This document shows, one piece after another, positions 62,429-64,000 of a stretch of 64,000 nt of DNA (its first letter is position 1; each line of letters begins with the position of its first letter). Both the position numbers and the translations under genes were made by a program. The notes below the pieces were generated by a model, which worked only from the letters and a program-made list of their open reading frames with translations, had not been told where the DNA came from and ran no database searches. Origin of the DNA: Heterodontus francisci. Lineage: Eukaryota. The stretch is taken from assembly GCF_036365525.1 (NCBI RefSeq), contig NC_090378.1, positions 25,821,953-25,885,952 on the forward strand, in the 5' to 3' direction.

Positions 62429-64000
62429 ATGTTAGTCAGCTCCTCTTTCCAGCAGCTTGCACCTTAACTTATCCGGCTTGCAACGTTACATAGAAACATA
62501 GAAAAATAGGAGAAGTAGGCCATTTGGCCCTTCGAGCCTGCACCGCCATTCAATACAATCATGGCTGATCATCCAAACTCAGTACCCTGTTCCCGCCTTC
62601 TCCCCGGATCCCTTAAGCCCCAAGAACTATATCTAACTCTTTCTTGAATATATTTAATGATTTGGTTTATGTTGGACCACCTGATCCAGTATCTGGTTAT
62701 TCAGATCCGCCGCAATATAATTGCATCTATCTGACACTTGCCTAAAACAAGTCACAAATTGGGCTACTGTTTCCCCCTCTTTCCGTCTCATCTGACGGTA
62801 AACATGACTTTGGAATGTGGCATTTGGAGTCACCACATAATGGTCCTTCAAAGCTTTCACTGCACGTTCATAATCCACCTTTTCTTCCGTGTCAGGCAAT
62901 CTTGAAAGTCGCCCTCACCAAAGAACCTATATTGAGCATCAACCTCACTACGCTTTCTGCACCTCCATTGCCCTCTCCAAAAACAAACCACGACTGTCAG
63001 CATACACTTCAAACTGCCCCAGCCGCCTTTCCATTTCGCTGAAGGTACTGGCATCAGCTGTAGGATCAAACTGCTCAATTCCCCAGACTGCAGACATATC
63101 AGCTCCAGCAAATGCCATGACACAATCCTAAATATCTCTGTATATACCTCTGTACTTTTTTTTGTTATTTATTCCCGTTGCCAATGTCACCTCTCAGGCT
63201 CAAAGAATTACACTTGAAGTCATAGATTCAATAAAGATTTAAAAAGCTTTTAATGGAGGCTCCTTCTTACTGCTTGCGACATGTCCAACTGACCTTACAA
63301 CAACCCCCAGGTCAGGTTACTCCCCACAGTACAAAGTTTTCCTTTCAGTTTCTATTCCAAGTACCGTATACTATCCAATATTCAAGATCCAACCCCCACA
63401 TACAAACACAATCAGCCATCATGACAAGTATCACCAACAGTGTAGCACTCTTTTAGAACTACGCTGAGTGTCAGCCTGGATCACTCACTTAAGTCTGGTT
63501 TGACCTTCTAACCCAGAAGCATGAGTGCTAGCAGAGCCAAGGCAAGTCAGCTCATGAGCAGAAGAGTCTTGAAGCACCACTTGCTATCCACTCTCCGATA
63601 TCCAGTGAAATCAAGAGCATTAACATTGGGGAAATGTTTGAAGGAACATTTATCACCAGCGAGAATGATAAATTGCAAACCTGTTTAGACTTCGGGCTCT
63701 TGCAGTAGCAGTCAGGAGACTACAACGGGCTTCAACACCCCTGGACTAGAGAGGGGGAAGATCAGTCTGTGAGAATTAAGGCTTTCAGGAAACACTGAAA
63801 GAATATGGCAGAAAAACAGAAAGGGTGAACTGTGTCAGAACAGGTCACAATTTTGAACTAGAAAATTCGATTATCACCCCTAAGTGACACTTGACAAAGC
63901 TGGGGAAATAGGAGGGTGTGTGGGAGAGGGGTAGTTATATTAATATTTATTTGTCAACAAATACAATAATCATATTTAATACTACCAAACTTAACCTTTA

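Larger units (their letters stand above)
58551..63426 (-). mobile_element. Decayed Ty3/Gypsy (Mag/K02A2.6-like) LTR retrotransposon
   Basis: LTRs 58551-58780 and 63185-63426 (TG...CA), TSD agtac/agtat, PBS TGGCAACGGG, PPT aaaggaggga; gag with CFRCG..GH and CRKCG..DH zinc knuckles, protease IDSGS, integrase WWPGM and SDNGPQF..ANGVVERQN; most of RT appears deleted. Inserted in a SacSINE1-type SINE. Confidence 0.9.

Overview
Vertebrate genomic DNA, most likely a shark or other chondrichthyan (inferred from HE1-type V-SINEs, SacSINE1/DeuSINE-type SINEs and CR1/HER1 LINEs). The window appears to lie entirely inside the ALG14 gene on the minus strand. Two coding exons are visible, 54720-54569 and 27137-27015, separated by a 27.4-kb intron; the first and last exons were not found and presumably lie outside the window. 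Most of the rest is nested retroelements: many CR1 LINEs, RTE and L2 fragments, a young Penelope-like element with inverted pLTRs and a TSD, several minimal hammerhead ribozyme motifs, a full-length decayed GalEa-type Ty1/copia element, a Mag-like Gypsy element, solo LTRs and PIF/Harbinger-like MITEs. The most unusual object is an ORF2-only LINE at 32339-35259. It starts with a tRNA-like Pol III A/B-box head, shows no TTTT Pol III terminator over about 2.9 kb of its sense strand, lacks an in-frame AUG, and has a companion SINE built from its 5' and 3' ends. It is a candidate Pol III-transcribed autonomous retrotransposon. All calls were made by eye; repeat boundaries are approximate unless a TSD or terminus is quoted.
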